Made by a program: the position numbers and the translations under genes
NCBI GenBank assembly: GCA_963555825.3
Contig: CAUVXB020000001.1
Coordinates: 480,001-544,000, forward strand
Length of the DNA stretch: 64,000 nt
Direction: 5' to 3'
Source of the DNA: Alphaproteobacteria bacterium
Lineage (GTDB): Bacteria > Pseudomonadota > Alphaproteobacteria > JAAXGF01
Shown here: piece by piece, positions 1 to 10,527 of the stretch
Layout of the letters: the number at the start of each line of letters is the position of its first letter
How positions within the stretch are numbered: position 1 is the stretch's first letter
The notes under the pieces: model-generated
What the model was told of the DNA's origin: nothing
Databases searched by the model: none
The model's input: only the letters and a program-made list of their open reading frames with translations

Positions 1-73
1 GCGCGCGCAGCAGCGCCATTTCCCCGGCGGTGAAGTCGCGGCCGTAATAACGGCACTCGATCGCGCCGGTCAC
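1..73 (-). CDS. N-terminus of a probable DUF4338 (DruA-like) protein, runs off the window
   Basis: GTG at 71-73 overlaps the IS66 transposase stop (GTGA). Reads MTGAIECRYYGRDFTAGEMALLRA, resembling the RYxGRxF start of DUF4338 proteins. Confidence 0.5.
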   Translation of the reverse strand, partial: MTGAIECRYYGRDFTAGEMALLRA

Positions 74-2733
74 GCCGGCGCCATGAGTTCGCGCCTGCGC
101 TCCTCGCTCATCGACCATGGCAGCCACGGCGACAGGTCGTCCGGTGGTTTGCGATCGTTCTCCGCGCACGCTGCGAGCCACGTGTCCAGCCAGCTCAGGA
201 TGTCGATGCCATTCATCGAGAGCGTGCCCACCACCGAGTACATGATCGCCGTGAACCTGGCGCCGTCCTCGCTGTCGGAACCGAACGACAGCCGTCGCCC
301 TATGGCCGGACCTCGTAACAATCTTTCGGCGCGATTGTTATCCAGAGGCACCTGCGGGCGGTCGACGAACACGCTCAGCCCTTCGCGATGGTTCAGCAGC
401 GAGCGCAGCGCCCTGCCCTGGCGCGCCTGGTCCGGCAGGCCGGCCAACTCCCGGGCGGCCTCCGCGAACAGGCCGTCGAGCGCCGCCTTCAACGCGCCCT
501 GCGCCGCGTCGAACGCCGGCGTCTGGCGCTTGATCACGGGGTCGTAATGAGCCAACCTCGCCTCGTTCAGGCGGTAGACCGACGCGATCCGCTCGATCCA
601 TCCCTGGCACCAGTCCGTCAGTCTCACCTGGCCGGCCGCGCACTCGACAAAATCGCGGCGCATATGGGACCAACAGAATGCAAGGGTCACTTTGCCCTCG
701 CGAAGGCGAGCGAGTCGCTTGTAGGCGCTATAGCGATCGCAGACGATGACCGTGTCGAGGAGAGCGTCGCCGAACAGCTTCTGCGCCGCCTCGGCGCTGC
801 GCGAGGGGTCGATATGGAAAGAGACCGCGTCATTGCTGACCGAGACCCACAGCCAGGCGCGGCTCGAGCGGTCTTCCCCGCGAAGTTCCTGGACGCGCCA
901 GCTGGTCTCGTCGGCATGGCGCAGCGCCGCCTTGTTCTGGTGCGCAAGGATCGCCTCGGCCAGCGGCTCGAGCAGCGGCACGAACCGCTTCAGGCTGTCG
1001 GCCAGCGTCCCCGGCGAGACCGTCAGCCCTTGGGCGGACATCCACGCGGCAACGCGGTGCACGGGGCGGAAGCAGGCACAGTGCTCGAACAGGAAGCGTG
1101 CCCAGAAGCTGGTCCCGTAGAGCGTCCTGGGGAACAGCCGCGGCACCGGGGGCGCCGACACTTCCATGGGCGACGACGCGCACTCGCAGGTCCGGCGCCA
1201 GCGCGGACGGCGGATCACGCGCTTGTAGGCCTTGACCTCGATCTCGACGAGGGTGGATTCCTCGGCGCCGTTCGGCGCATAGGGCTGCCCGCACCGGCCG
1301 CAGACGCACGCATCCGGCGGCGGGTTGTGCTCTTCGGTGCGCTCATCGAGCCCGGGCCGCTGGGTGCGGCCGTGGCCGGGCGCGCCGCGCTGCTGGCCGC
1401 GCTTGTGTTCCGAGCCCGGCTTGTCCTGCTGCTCGCTCTTGCGGCCGTAGAGCGCCCTCGACAGCACCGCCCCGGTCGCACGAAGCCTCTCAAGCTGGAC
1501 TTCCAGCGTCTCGATCCGGTTCCGCGACGTCTTCGCGCCCTTGCGCAGGCGGGCGTTCTCCCGGGACAGCGACTTGATCGTAGCCTTCTGGCGCCGCGAC
1601 CTTCGCAGAGCCCTGCGGAGATCGGCGTCTGCAACGGACAGCGACTTCGACAACGTCTTCCTGACCGCTCGAAGCCCGGCAAGCTCGGACTCGAGTGCCT
1701 TCCTGATCGCGCGAAGCTTGGCAGGCTGAACCTCCAGCGCCGCTTTCCGGGTCTCCAACTTCCGCATGGTCCTGCGCAGACGGCCGTTGTCCTTGCGCAG
1801 CGCCTCGATCGTCGTCTTCTGGCGCCGCGATCGCCTCAACGCCGCGCGCAGTTGAGCAGCCTCGTCGGACGGCAGCTTCGACAGCGTCGCCCCGGCCGCC
1901 CGAAGCTTGGCGAGCCGGGCCTTCAACTTCTCCTTACCGGCTTTGGACACCTCCAGGGCATGGCGCAGCCAGAAAACCTCGTCGGACAGCGACCGGGCGC
2001 GGGCCTCGGCGTCGCCCAGTATCCTCACCTCCCGGTGGAGCCGAAGGGACTCGCTGGACAGCTTCTTCGCGGTCTCCCTGATGCGCTCCGTCCTCTCCTT
2101 CTCCTGGTCGAGGCGCGTGTTCAGCCGGGCGTTCTCCTTGTCCCGCCGGACCACCTCCTTGTCGAGCCGGCGGAGTTCCGTGCGAAGCGACCTGACGGTC
2201 TCCTTCTGGTCCGGGGAAGGCTCCAGGACGGTGCGCCGCCGGGGCGGAGCGGGCCACGGCCCGGTCGCGCCCTCACGGGCCTTCGATGCCGCCAGGGCCT
2301 TGCGCAGCCGGGCGTTCTCCTTGCGCAGCGCCCCGGCCGTATCGAAGGCCGACGCGATGCCGGCTTCAGAAAGGAGCGTCTCCAGGCGCGCCACTTCCGC
2401 CTGCAAGGACGGCACGTCCCTTGCCGTGCGGCGGGCTTCCTTCGTCTCTTCGACGGCCTCACTCAGCCTGCGCCGGCAGGCCTTGAACCGAGACTTCCAC
2501 GAACCGCCATCGCTGCGGGCGGCCACTTCCGCCCAGCGCAGCTCTTCCGCGCGCGCTTCGGCCGCGTCCGCCCGCGCCCGTTCCCGCTCACACTGTGACC
2601 GCCAGTCGCGCGGCGCGTGCTCCGGCACCGACACGGGGGACAACCGGACCCCGCCATTACCCTCGACCAGCGTCAGGTTGGTGCCAAAATCCTCGTCCAG
2701 AACCACCATGCGCACGACGATAGCGCATGGCAA
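70..2733 (-). CDS. IS66-family transposase (TnpC-like) with a long N-terminal coiled-coil extension
   Basis: Motifs LYGRKSE, CxxCG zinc finger, HADETSW, CWSHMRRDF, DNNRAERLLR. Start codon uncertain. Confidence 0.9.
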   Translation of the reverse strand: MPCAIVVRMVVLDEDFGTNLTLVEGNGGVRLSPVSVPEHAPRDWRSQCERERARADAAEARAEELRWAEVAARSDGGSWKSRFKACRRRLSEAVEETKEARRTARDVPSLQAEVARLETLLSEAGIASAFDTAGALRKENARLRKALAASKAREGATGPWPAPPRRRTVLEPSPDQKETVRSLRTELRRLDKEVVRRDKENARLNTRLDQEKERTERIRETAKKLSSESLRLHREVRILGDAEARARSLSDEVFWLRHALEVSKAGKEKLKARLAKLRAAGATLSKLPSDEAAQLRAALRRSRRQKTTIEALRKDNGRLRRTMRKLETRKAALEVQPAKLRAIRKALESELAGLRAVRKTLSKSLSVADADLRRALRRSRRQKATIKSLSRENARLRKGAKTSRNRIETLEVQLERLRATGAVLSRALYGRKSEQQDKPGSEHKRGQQRGAPGHGRTQRPGLDERTEEHNPPPDACVCGRCGQPYAPNGAEESTLVEIEVKAYKRVIRRPRWRRTCECASSPMEVSAPPVPRLFPRTLYGTSFWARFLFEHCACFRPVHRVAAWMSAQGLTVSPGTLADSLKRFVPLLEPLAEAILAHQNKAALRHADETSWRVQELRGEDRSSRAWLWVSVSNDAVSFHIDPSRSAEAAQKLFGDALLDTVIVCDRYSAYKRLARLREGKVTLAFCWSHMRRDFVECAAGQVRLTDWCQGWIERIASVYRLNEARLAHYDPVIKRQTPAFDAAQGALKAALDGLFAEAARELAGLPDQARQGRALRSLLNHREGLSVFVDRPQVPLDNNRAERLLRGPAIGRRLSFGSDSEDGARFTAIMYSVVGTLSMNGIDILSWLDTWLAACAENDRKPPDDLSPWLPWSMSEERRRELMAPA

Positions 2734-2834
2734 ATCGCGTTACCAGCAGAAAGACAGCACCTTGTGGGGCCTCGCCTCAACGTGGGAGATGCGCTTGACG
2801 GGACCCATTCCACGGCCTGAACGAACGCTTACCC

Positions 2835-3830
2835 CTGGCCGGCCTCGGTGAGCCACCGCGCGTGACATTGCGGCGGCGAATGGTGCAGGCGCTGGTCCAT
2901 ATGGCCATGGCGGACTATGAGAGGTGGTACGTCTTCGCCCACAGCCAGGGCACCGTGCTCGCCTTCAACGGCCTCATGGAGACCGGGAACACCCTGCCGA
3001 ACTATCTCGACGAAGCGCATTGGACCGCGGCCAAGGACGAGATCGGGGGCAGGGCGCCGACGCGCCTATCCGACGAAGACGCGGGCGACATGATGCCGAC
3101 CCGCCCGGCCTGGCTGGCGCGAGACGACATCATCGACCGCCAGAAACTGTTCGCCGGGCTTGCCGGCTTCATGACCTACGGCTCGCCGCTCCATAAGTTC
3201 GCTGTGCTGTGGCCGGCGATCGTGCCGTTGAACAACGACGAGACCGTGTTCCGGGACGACTTCGAGTGGATCAACGTCTACGACGCCACGGACCCGGTGG
3301 CCGACCGTCTACAATACTTCGGACCCGAGTCGCCGTCCGGCCCCGCGCCGCAGAACGTCTCCTACAAGGCGGGCGGGGTGCACTTGCTGAGCCACATCAA
3401 GTATCTGAGCTTCAAGGCGAAGCGACGCGATAGGCTCGTCAACGTGGTGGCGAGCTGGCTTACCAAGGGCGGGCGCTTCTCGCGACCGGCGCCGTCGGGT
3501 TGGCGCTGGCCGTCGGCCGGATTGACCCGCGTGTACGACTTCGCCCGCTATGTCATGTGGATCGTTCTTGGCCTGGTCCTCGCGGCCATTCTGGGGCTTT
3601 GGTTCGGCCTGTTGGTGGACGCCGTCAAAGAGGGGATCGCCGATGTCCCCCTTGTCGGTAACTGGTTCGGTTGGCTGGTCGGCACGCTTCGCGAATGGAT
3701 CGGCGCCACGAGCGATGCCTTGCAAATCCCACTTTGGCTGGTGAAATCCGTGTTCTACATCATCGGGGCGGCGCTCGCCGTGTTCATCGCGGGGCTCGGG
3801 CGAAAACTGCGACACTGGTCCCCTAAGTAA
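2835..3830 (+). pseudogene. 5'-truncated alpha/beta-hydrolase-like membrane protein
   Basis: AHSQG nucleophile-like motif, TYGSPL, C-terminal TM helices. The frame is open back to the IS66 end. Confidence 0.6.
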
Positions 3831-3980
3831 GGAGCCGGAGACGCCGCAAGCCTGATTCCGTCGGCGATCCTCGTAGTGCATTCCGGTTTAATTCCGGTTT
3901 GAGTCAGGCATCAAATCCCCGAAATTCCATCGCTGGAACTCGGGTGTCGGATAGACGCAAGGCGAAATGGACGACGCGGC

Positions 3981-4667
3981 TCACCCGCTGTCGCGTTGCG
4001 CGGCGGTGCGGTAGCCCAGGCGGACGGCGCTGATCGCCATGCCGACGGCGGCCTGGGTCGGGTCGACGACGGGGATCGCGAGGGTGTCCTCGAGCCGATC
4101 CCGGTAGCGCGCCATGCCGGCGCAGCCCATGATCACCGCGTCGGCGCCGTCGTCGTCCTTGAGCGCGCGGCCGACTTCGATCATGCGCGAGAGCGTGACG
4201 CCCTCGTCGGCGAGTTCGGTGACGCCCAGGCCGACCGACCGGCCGCCGGCGAACCGGCTCTCGAGGCCCATCGCCCGGACGAAGCGCCGCTGGCGCCCCA
4301 GCGAGGTCGCGAGGATGGCGACGATGCCGAAGCGCTCGCCCAGCGTGAGCGCCGTGGCGATGCCCGATTCGGCGATGCCGAGGACGGGCTTGCGTGTCGT
4401 CTCGCGCGCCGATTGCAGGCCGGGGTCCGAGAAGCAGGCGATGACGAAGGCCGACGCGCGGTTGTCCTGCGCTTCGACCAAGCGGCAGAGCGGCCCGATG
4501 ACGCCGTCGACGTGGCGCTGGCTTTCGATGCCGGGTGGGCCCTCGGCCAGCGTCAGGCAGTCGATCTCGGGGCCGCCGTCGAAGCGCAGGTGGTCCAACG
4601 CGGCGTCGATGCCGTCGGTGACCTCCTGCGAGGAGTTCGGGTTGATGACGACGATGCGCTCGCCCAT
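3981..4667 (-). CDS. Asp/Glu/hydantoin (allantoin) racemase family protein
   Basis: VINPNSS, IACFSDPG and MGCAGM two-cysteine motifs. Confidence 0.9.
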   Translation of the reverse strand: MGERIVVINPNSSQEVTDGIDAALDHLRFDGGPEIDCLTLAEGPPGIESQRHVDGVIGPLCRLVEAQDNRASAFVIACFSDPGLQSARETTRKPVLGIAESGIATALTLGERFGIVAILATSLGRQRRFVRAMGLESRFAGGRSVGLGVTELADEGVTLSRMIEVGRALKDDDGADAVIMGCAGMARYRDRLEDTLAIPVVDPTQAAVGMAISAVRLGYRTAAQRDSG

Positions 4668-4671
4668 GATC

Positions 4672-5532
4672 TCACGCCTCCGCTTGGCTCTTCGCGGCGG
4701 GTGCCAGGTCATAGACCCGGTAGCCGCAGGCCTCGTTATACCCCAAACGGCGATAGATTTTGTTCGACGTCGGATTATCGACGTCGGCGAACAGCGCGCA
4801 CCAGTCGACGCCGGCGTGAAGCAACTCGCCGGTCAGCCGTCCGACCGCGGCCGAGGCGTAACGCCTGCCGCGCAACGCCGGCGGCGTCCAGACCGGCGCG
4901 ATACGCGCGCCCTCCTTGGTGACGTATCGGAAGCAGACCATCGAGACCGGTGCGCCGGCGTCCTCCCACAAGTAGACCAGGCCGCGGCGCAGCATGCCGG
5001 CGGCGGTGCCTCGCGCGGCGCTGCGTTCGTGTTCCTCGGCCTCGATCTCGTCGTAGAACGCAACGTAGGCGTCGGCCACCCAATCGGCGTCCGTATCGGT
5101 CGCCGCGCGCAGCGTGCCGGGAACGCCGTCCGGCGCGATCGCCTCGCGGGTCGCGTAGAGTGTCATGGCTGTCGCCGGGGTGGCTGTCCCGCCGGTCGCT
5201 GCGCGCCACGCCTCGGCGAAGGCGTCGGCCATGTTGTCGAGCCCGAGCATGCCCGACACCGGGAGGCCGGCCTCCAAGACTCCGGCGATCAAGCTCGGGA
5301 TCGCCGCCGCGTCGCCGGCCGACAGCAGCAGTTTGAAGGGCGGCGTCATCACGGCGGCCAGACAAGGCCGGTTGCCGCGGTCGACGGTGAGCAGCAGGAC
5401 GTTCGTCTTGGGCTGCGCCTTGAGGCCGCGGATCAGGCCGAGGATGACGTTGTTCTCGAGCGCGTTGTCGGCCAGGAACGGCCCGGCGTAGCGCTCGAAC
5501 GCCGCCACATCGTCGAACCGAACGCAGTCCAT
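4672..5532 (-). CDS. GNAT-family N-acetyltransferase
   Basis: VWTPPALRGRRYAS acetyl-CoA motif and NPTSNKIYRRLGY. Confidence 0.85.
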   Translation of the reverse strand: MDCVRFDDVAAFERYAGPFLADNALENNVILGLIRGLKAQPKTNVLLLTVDRGNRPCLAAVMTPPFKLLLSAGDAAAIPSLIAGVLEAGLPVSGMLGLDNMADAFAEAWRAATGGTATPATAMTLYATREAIAPDGVPGTLRAATDTDADWVADAYVAFYDEIEAEEHERSAARGTAAGMLRRGLVYLWEDAGAPVSMVCFRYVTKEGARIAPVWTPPALRGRRYASAAVGRLTGELLHAGVDWCALFADVDNPTSNKIYRRLGYNEACGYRVYDLAPAAKSQAEA

Positions 5533-5551
5533 CAGGCTTTGCGTCCCGGCC

Positions 5552-6490
5552 TCACTCGGGCGGCGGCTCGGCGCCGGTCTGTTCGGTGATCAGGCCGTAG
5601 TGCTCGATGCGCCGGTGCGCGGCGAAGTCGAAGATCGTCTCCTTGCCGAAGGCGCAGGCGTCCAAGTCGCAATCGGCGACGATCAGCTCGTCGCCGAGCG
5701 TGCGGGCCTGGGCGACGATCTCGCCGGCCGGCGAGACGATGCACGAGCCGCCCATCAGCTCGTAGCCGTCCTCGCTGCCCGCCTTGGCGACGCCGATGAC
5801 CCATGTCGAGTTCTGATAGGCGCCGGCCTGCATCGACATCTGATTGTGGAACATGCGCAGATGTGCCGCCTCGTCCGACTGCGAGTTGCCCGTCGGCGTG
5901 TTGTAACCGAGCACGACCAGTTCGACGCCTTGGAGACCCATGACGCGGTAGGTCTCGGGCCAGCGTCGGTCGTTGCAGATGCACATGCCGACGATGCCGC
6001 CGAATTCGCGCCACACCGGGAAGCCCAGGTTGCCGACCTCGAAATAACGCTTCTCTAAGTGCTGGAAGTCGCGCTCGGGGTCGAACTCGGCGTGGCCCGG
6101 CAGGTGCACCTTGCGGTACTTGGCGACGATCTCGCCCGACTTGTCGACCAGGATCGCGGTATTGTAGCGGTGCGTCTCGCCGTCCTCGTGGATCAGCTCG
6201 GCATAGCCGAGATGGAAGCCCATGCCGTACTCGACGGCGCGGTCGAACAGCGGCTGGGTCGTGTTCGACGGCATCGAGGACTCGAACCACTGGTCGACCT
6301 CGTCCTGATCCTCCATGAGATAGCGCGGGAAGAAGGTGGTCAGCGCCAGCTCGGTGAAGACGATCAAGTCGCAGCCCTTGGCATGCGCCTTGTCCATCAG
6401 CGCGAGCATGCGCCCGACCACCACCTCGCGGCCCTCGGCCTTCTGGATCGGCCCCATCTGCGCCGCGCCGATGGTGATGTTCCTGGCCAT
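5552..6490 (-). CDS. N-carbamoyl-D-amino-acid hydrolase (nitrilase superfamily)
   Basis: FTELALTTFFPR, YRKVHLPGH, ICNDRRWPE (E-K-C triad). Confidence 0.92.
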   Translation of the reverse strand: MARNITIGAAQMGPIQKAEGREVVVGRMLALMDKAHAKGCDLIVFTELALTTFFPRYLMEDQDEVDQWFESSMPSNTTQPLFDRAVEYGMGFHLGYAELIHEDGETHRYNTAILVDKSGEIVAKYRKVHLPGHAEFDPERDFQHLEKRYFEVGNLGFPVWREFGGIVGMCICNDRRWPETYRVMGLQGVELVVLGYNTPTGNSQSDEAAHLRMFHNQMSMQAGAYQNSTWVIGVAKAGSEDGYELMGGSCIVSPAGEIVAQARTLGDELIVADCDLDACAFGKETIFDFAAHRRIEHYGLITEQTGAEPPPE

Positions 6491-6584
6491 ATCGCTCACG
6501 TGATTGTTGGCGTTAAGGGCGGCGATGGTGGCAGGATTTGTGGGAGGGGGCAATAGCCGCACGCGACCGACCGACCGGCCTAAT

Positions 6585-7631
6585 TCAATCTTCGCGCGGG
6601 ACACCCGCCGGATCGGGGATCCAGCTTTTCTTCACACCGTCGTATTCCACGCCGGGGTTGCCGCTGACCGTGGTGCGCCACATCAGGCGATCGTGTCGGG
6701 TCGCGTCGAACCATGTCGCCGCATGCACCAGCGAGCGATTGTCGTAGATCACGATATCGCCGGCGTCCCAGTCGTGGGCGTAGGTGAAGCGCGGCTGGGT
6801 GAGATGCGTCATGAGCTCGTAGAGCAGCGCCGCGCCGGCGCCGTCCGGACCGGGCGCCATGCCGGCGAAGGGTCCGTCGATCCAGTCCATCTGGCCTGCT
6901 TCGCACAGATAGAGCGCGGGCTTCCCGGTCACCGGGTGGACCCGCACGACGGGCTGGCGCTGCGGCCGCTCGTGCGGCTCGAGGCTGTCCGGCGCCTCGC
7001 CCGCCCGCACCGCCGATTCCGAGCGCCCGGAATAGGGCATGACGTGGATGCCCACGAGGCCCTCGATGCGCGCCTTCAATGCCGGCGGCAGGGCCTCGTA
7101 GGCCGCGGCGCCGTCGGCGTAGAGCGTCTGCCCCTGCCCCTTGGGCGCCGGGGTCACGGCATAGAAGAGCGACAGGTCGGGCGGCGGCCGCCGGAAGCTC
7201 TGGTCGGTATGCCAGCCCCGGCGGTGCGGGAACCGGGTCGGCAGGCCGCCATCGGCGGTGCGCGGCGGGTCCGGGTGCGGCGGCGGCATCTGGTTGGCCG
7301 GCGCCATGTTCGAGATGACGAGGATTTCGGCCACGCTCTCGTGCAGCTTGGTCTTCTCCGTCAGGGTCTCGTGATAATTCTCGACCTCGGGACCGAACAG
7401 ACGGCTCAGCCGCACCAGCAACTCGGGCTGTTCGGTTATCCCCTGCATCGCCGGCACCAGCAGCAAGCCTTGCGAGGCGTGGAGCGCACGCGGCAACAGC
7501 TCGGGCTCGGCCTCCGCCGCGGCGACCGCCGCGCGGGCGTCGGGCGCGCCCGTGAAGCGCGCGACGCGACCGAAACTCGCGCCCGCCAGGGGCCCGAACT
7601 CGAAGCCGCCGTTTGCTACAGGGTTCGGCAC
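6585..7631 (-). CDS. TauD/TfdA Fe(II)/2-oxoglutarate dioxygenase
   Basis: WHTDQSF, HPVTGKPALY, YDNRSLVH. The real start is near 7631 (GTG); the longer ORF-track call overlaps the upstream gene. Confidence 0.85.
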   Translation of the reverse strand: MPNPVANGGFEFGPLAGASFGRVARFTGAPDARAAVAAAEAEPELLPRALHASQGLLLVPAMQGITEQPELLVRLSRLFGPEVENYHETLTEKTKLHESVAEILVISNMAPANQMPPPHPDPPRTADGGLPTRFPHRRGWHTDQSFRRPPPDLSLFYAVTPAPKGQGQTLYADGAAAYEALPPALKARIEGLVGIHVMPYSGRSESAVRAGEAPDSLEPHERPQRQPVVRVHPVTGKPALYLCEAGQMDWIDGPFAGMAPGPDGAGAALLYELMTHLTQPRFTYAHDWDAGDIVIYDNRSLVHAATWFDATRHDRLMWRTTVSGNPGVEYDGVKKSWIPDPAGVPRED

Positions 7632-9658
7632 AGCCTGAGTGCGTCGTAGACCGCCGCGGCGATGTTGCGCGACGCGACGCAGTCGCCGATGCGGTAGAGC
7701 TCGTACGCGCCGCCGGCGTTCCGGTCGGCCGGTTGCCGTGCCCCGGCGAGCAGCGCGTCGATGTCGGTGACGCCCAGATTGCGCGCCTCGCCCGTGAGTT
7801 CGTGGAAGATCGCGTCGGCCGGCCGGGTGCCGTGCTCGACGACGATCTGGTCGGTCTCCTCCTCGGTGGTCTCCTTGGTGGCCAGATTCTCGAACACCGC
7901 GACCAACCGGTTGCCGGCCTTGGCGACGCGCAGCAATTGCCGGTCGAAGCGGCAGGGGATGTCGAGCTCGTAGAACCGCTTCTTCCAGACGAAGCGCTCG
8001 GCGTAGGACATCTCGGGCGTCAGCGCGTCGTCGATCGCGACATAGCTGACCGGCCGGCCCGCCATCGCCAGGCGCTCGGCCGCGGTCGCCGCCGCGTGGC
8101 GCCCGGTGCCGTCGTAGACGATCACTGCGCCGCTGCCCGCGGCCTCGCCCGTCAGTGTCTCCCAGGGGTCCGCGACATGCTCGCGGCCGTCGAGCCAGTC
8201 GAGATCGGGGACGCCGCCGGTCGCGACGATGACGACGTCGGCATCGAGCGCCCGCACGTCGTCGGGCCCGGCGAAGACGTTCATCCGGACGTCGACGCCG
8301 AGGCGGTCGAGTTCGAGTGCCCGCCAATCGGCGATGGCGATGACGTCCTTGCGCCAGCTCGCCGCCTGCGCAAGCCGGAGCTGGCCGCCGAGCTGCGTCG
8401 CGGCTTCCAAGAGCGTGACGTCGTGGCCGCGCTCGGCAGAGACGCGAGCCGCCTCGAGGCCGGCCGGCCCGCCGCCGACAACGACCACGCGGCGCGCGGC
8501 GCCGGCGCGTTCGATGTCGTGCGCCACGATGGTCTCGCGGCCGGTCGCGGCGTTGTGGATGCAGACCGGCCGGTGCTCGCTCATGCAATGCGTCATGCCG
8601 ACGCAGGGGCGGATATGCGCTTCCATGCCGGCTTCGAGCTTACGCACGATGTGGGGGTCGGCGATATGCGCGCGGGTCATCGCCACCATGTCGAGAAAGC
8701 CCTCGCGGATGGCGTGGCGCGCGGTCGCGATGTCGATGATGCGCGTGGCGTGGAAGACCGGCAGCGACACCTCGCGTTTGAATGCGGCGGCCATGTTGAG
8801 CCAAGGCGCGATCGGCGACGCCATGCCGGGCATACAGTCGATAGCGAGGCCGCGCGGGGTATCCGTGCTGCCGTAAATGGCGTTGAAAAAATCGATCAGC
8901 CCGCTCGCCTCGAACGCCCGACCGATCTCGACGCAGTCGTCGAAACCGAGGCCGCCGGCAGTGTTCTCGTCGACGGCATAGCGCAAGCCGACGACGAAGT
9001 CGTCGCCGACGCGGCGCCGAATTTCCTCGTGTACCATCAGCGGAAAGCGACAGCGGTTGGCCAGCGAGCCGCCGAAGCGGTCTGAGCGCTGGTTGGTGAC
9101 GGGCGACAGGAACTGGCCGATCAGATGGCTGCTGGCGAGCGTCTCGATGCCGTCCAAGCCGCCCTCCTTGCAGCGCAGAGCGGCGGCGCCGAAGGCCGCG
9201 ACGACGCGCGCGATGTCGTGCTCGTCCATCTCGCGGGCGAACGAACGGTGCAGTGTTTCGCGGCTCGGCGACGCGGATATCACCGGCAGCCAGTTGTCGG
9301 CGTAAGCGTTGCCGCGCCTGCCGAGATGGGTGATCTGGCACATCAACGCCGCGCCGTGGCGGTGCATGCGCTCGGAAAATTGCTGCAGATAGGCGATGCA
9401 CGCGTCGTCGCCGACATTGAGCTGCCCGAAGGTATCGGGGCTGTCCGGCGCGACGTACGACGAGCCGCCGAACATCGAGAGCGCGATGCCGCCCTTCGCT
9501 TTCTCCTCGTGGTAGCGTTGGTAGCGTGCCGCCGGCATGCCGCCGTCGAGCAGGCCGCAGGCATGGCTCGTGCTCATGACCCGGTTCTTGAGCGTCAGAT
9601 GCTTGAGCCGGAACGGCCGAAGCAGGGGGTCGACCGCGCTGTCGCCGCCAGTGCTCAT
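7616..9658 (-). CDS. NADH:flavin oxidoreductase (OYE family), StcD/DgcA-like N-demethylase
   Basis: LKHLTLKNR, QFLSP.TNQR.D.FGGSLANR, Cys cluster CVGMTHC..CIHN, GGGPAGLEAA. Confidence 0.85.
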   Translation of the reverse strand: MSTGGDSAVDPLLRPFRLKHLTLKNRVMSTSHACGLLDGGMPAARYQRYHEEKAKGGIALSMFGGSSYVAPDSPDTFGQLNVGDDACIAYLQQFSERMHRHGAALMCQITHLGRRGNAYADNWLPVISASPSRETLHRSFAREMDEHDIARVVAAFGAAALRCKEGGLDGIETLASSHLIGQFLSPVTNQRSDRFGGSLANRCRFPLMVHEEIRRRVGDDFVVGLRYAVDENTAGGLGFDDCVEIGRAFEASGLIDFFNAIYGSTDTPRGLAIDCMPGMASPIAPWLNMAAAFKREVSLPVFHATRIIDIATARHAIREGFLDMVAMTRAHIADPHIVRKLEAGMEAHIRPCVGMTHCMSEHRPVCIHNAATGRETIVAHDIERAGAARRVVVVGGGPAGLEAARVSAERGHDVTLLEAATQLGGQLRLAQAASWRKDVIAIADWRALELDRLGVDVRMNVFAGPDDVRALDADVVIVATGGVPDLDWLDGREHVADPWETLTGEAAGSGAVIVYDGTGRHAAATAAERLAMAGRPVSYVAIDDALTPEMSYAERFVWKKRFYELDIPCRFDRQLLRVAKAGNRLVAVFENLATKETTEEETDQIVVEHGTRPADAIFHELTGEARNLGVTDIDALLAGARQPADRNAGGAYELYRIGDCVASRNIAAAVYDALRLCRTL

Positions 9659-9888
9659 GTCGTGCGTCGTCCTCCAGGGTACCGAGGCGTCGTGGTCGGC
9701 TGCCTCGGTCTTGCACCGGTATTACTTACACGAACCGCTCCTCCTTTGCCGCCGCATTCTCGACCCGGAGCGGACAAACGGTCGATCATTCGATTCGGTA
9801 TGCATTCACCGATCGGCGGCAGATGATTGCGGCCGCACCGACCGAGTGCCAACGGCCTCGGAAGGAGTCCGCGCCGCCGACCCGGCGC

Positions 9889-10527
9889 TCAGTCGACGAG
9901 TTCGAAGCGCTGCTGGACGGGGTCGTAGATGTGCAAGGAGCAAGAGCGGATGTCGATGTACCAGCCGTGCAGGTGAAGCCGCCTGTCGCTGACCCGCTCG
10001 CGAATGGCCGGGAAGGTCATCAGATTCTCGAGCGAGACGAGTACCGCGCTTTGCTCGCAGGCGCGGGCCTTTTCGTCCTCCGACGCGTTGGGCATGGTGC
10101 CCTGGACCCGAAGGTAGGCAGAACGGACGAGGCTCATCCAAGGCAGCACGAACTGGCTGCCCTCGCTTCCCTCGCCCGTCTTCGCGAACATGGAACGGAT
10201 GCCACCGCAGTGGGCGTGGCCAAACACGATGAGGTGCCCGACCTCCAGATGCTCGACCGCGTACTCCAACGCGGCGCTGGTGCCGTGATACTGGCCGTCC
10301 CGCTCGTCGGGCGGCACCAGGTTGGCGACATTGCGGACGACGAACAAGTCGCCGGGATCGGCCTGCAGCACCGTGGCCGGATCGACCCGGGAATCGGAAC
10401 AGGCGATGAGGGCCACCTTGGGATTCTGGCCCCGGTCCACAAGCGCCTCGTAGGTGGCGCGCTTCTCTTCGAATCCATCGTCGCGAAATTTCTTGAAACC
10501 GGCGGTGAGCTTGGCAACGGAATCCAT
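9889..10527 (-). CDS. beta-class carbonic anhydrase
   Basis: CSDSR, RNVAN and HAHCGG zinc ligands. Confidence 0.93.
   Translation of the reverse strand: MDSVAKLTAGFKKFRDDGFEEKRATYEALVDRGQNPKVALIACSDSRVDPATVLQADPGDLFVVRNVANLVPPDERDGQYHGTSAALEYAVEHLEVGHLIVFGHAHCGGIRSMFAKTGEGSEGSQFVLPWMSLVRSAYLRVQGTMPNASEDEKARACEQSAVLVSLENLMTFPAIRERVSDRRLHLHGWYIDIRSCSLHIYDPVQQRFELVD

Larger units (their letters stand above)
1..2832 (-). mobile_element. IS66-family element (left end at 2832, right end outside the window)
   Basis: Minus strand begins GTAAGCGTTCGTTCAGG at 2832 (IS66 ends begin GTAA). The adjacent host ORF is cut at this point. Confidence 0.75.

Noticed and set aside
388-2598. Long antisense ORFs (also 7613-9085, 42646-45090, 61012-62325 and others)
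   Set aside because: Shadow ORFs of well-supported genes in high-GC DNA; no recognisable motifs.
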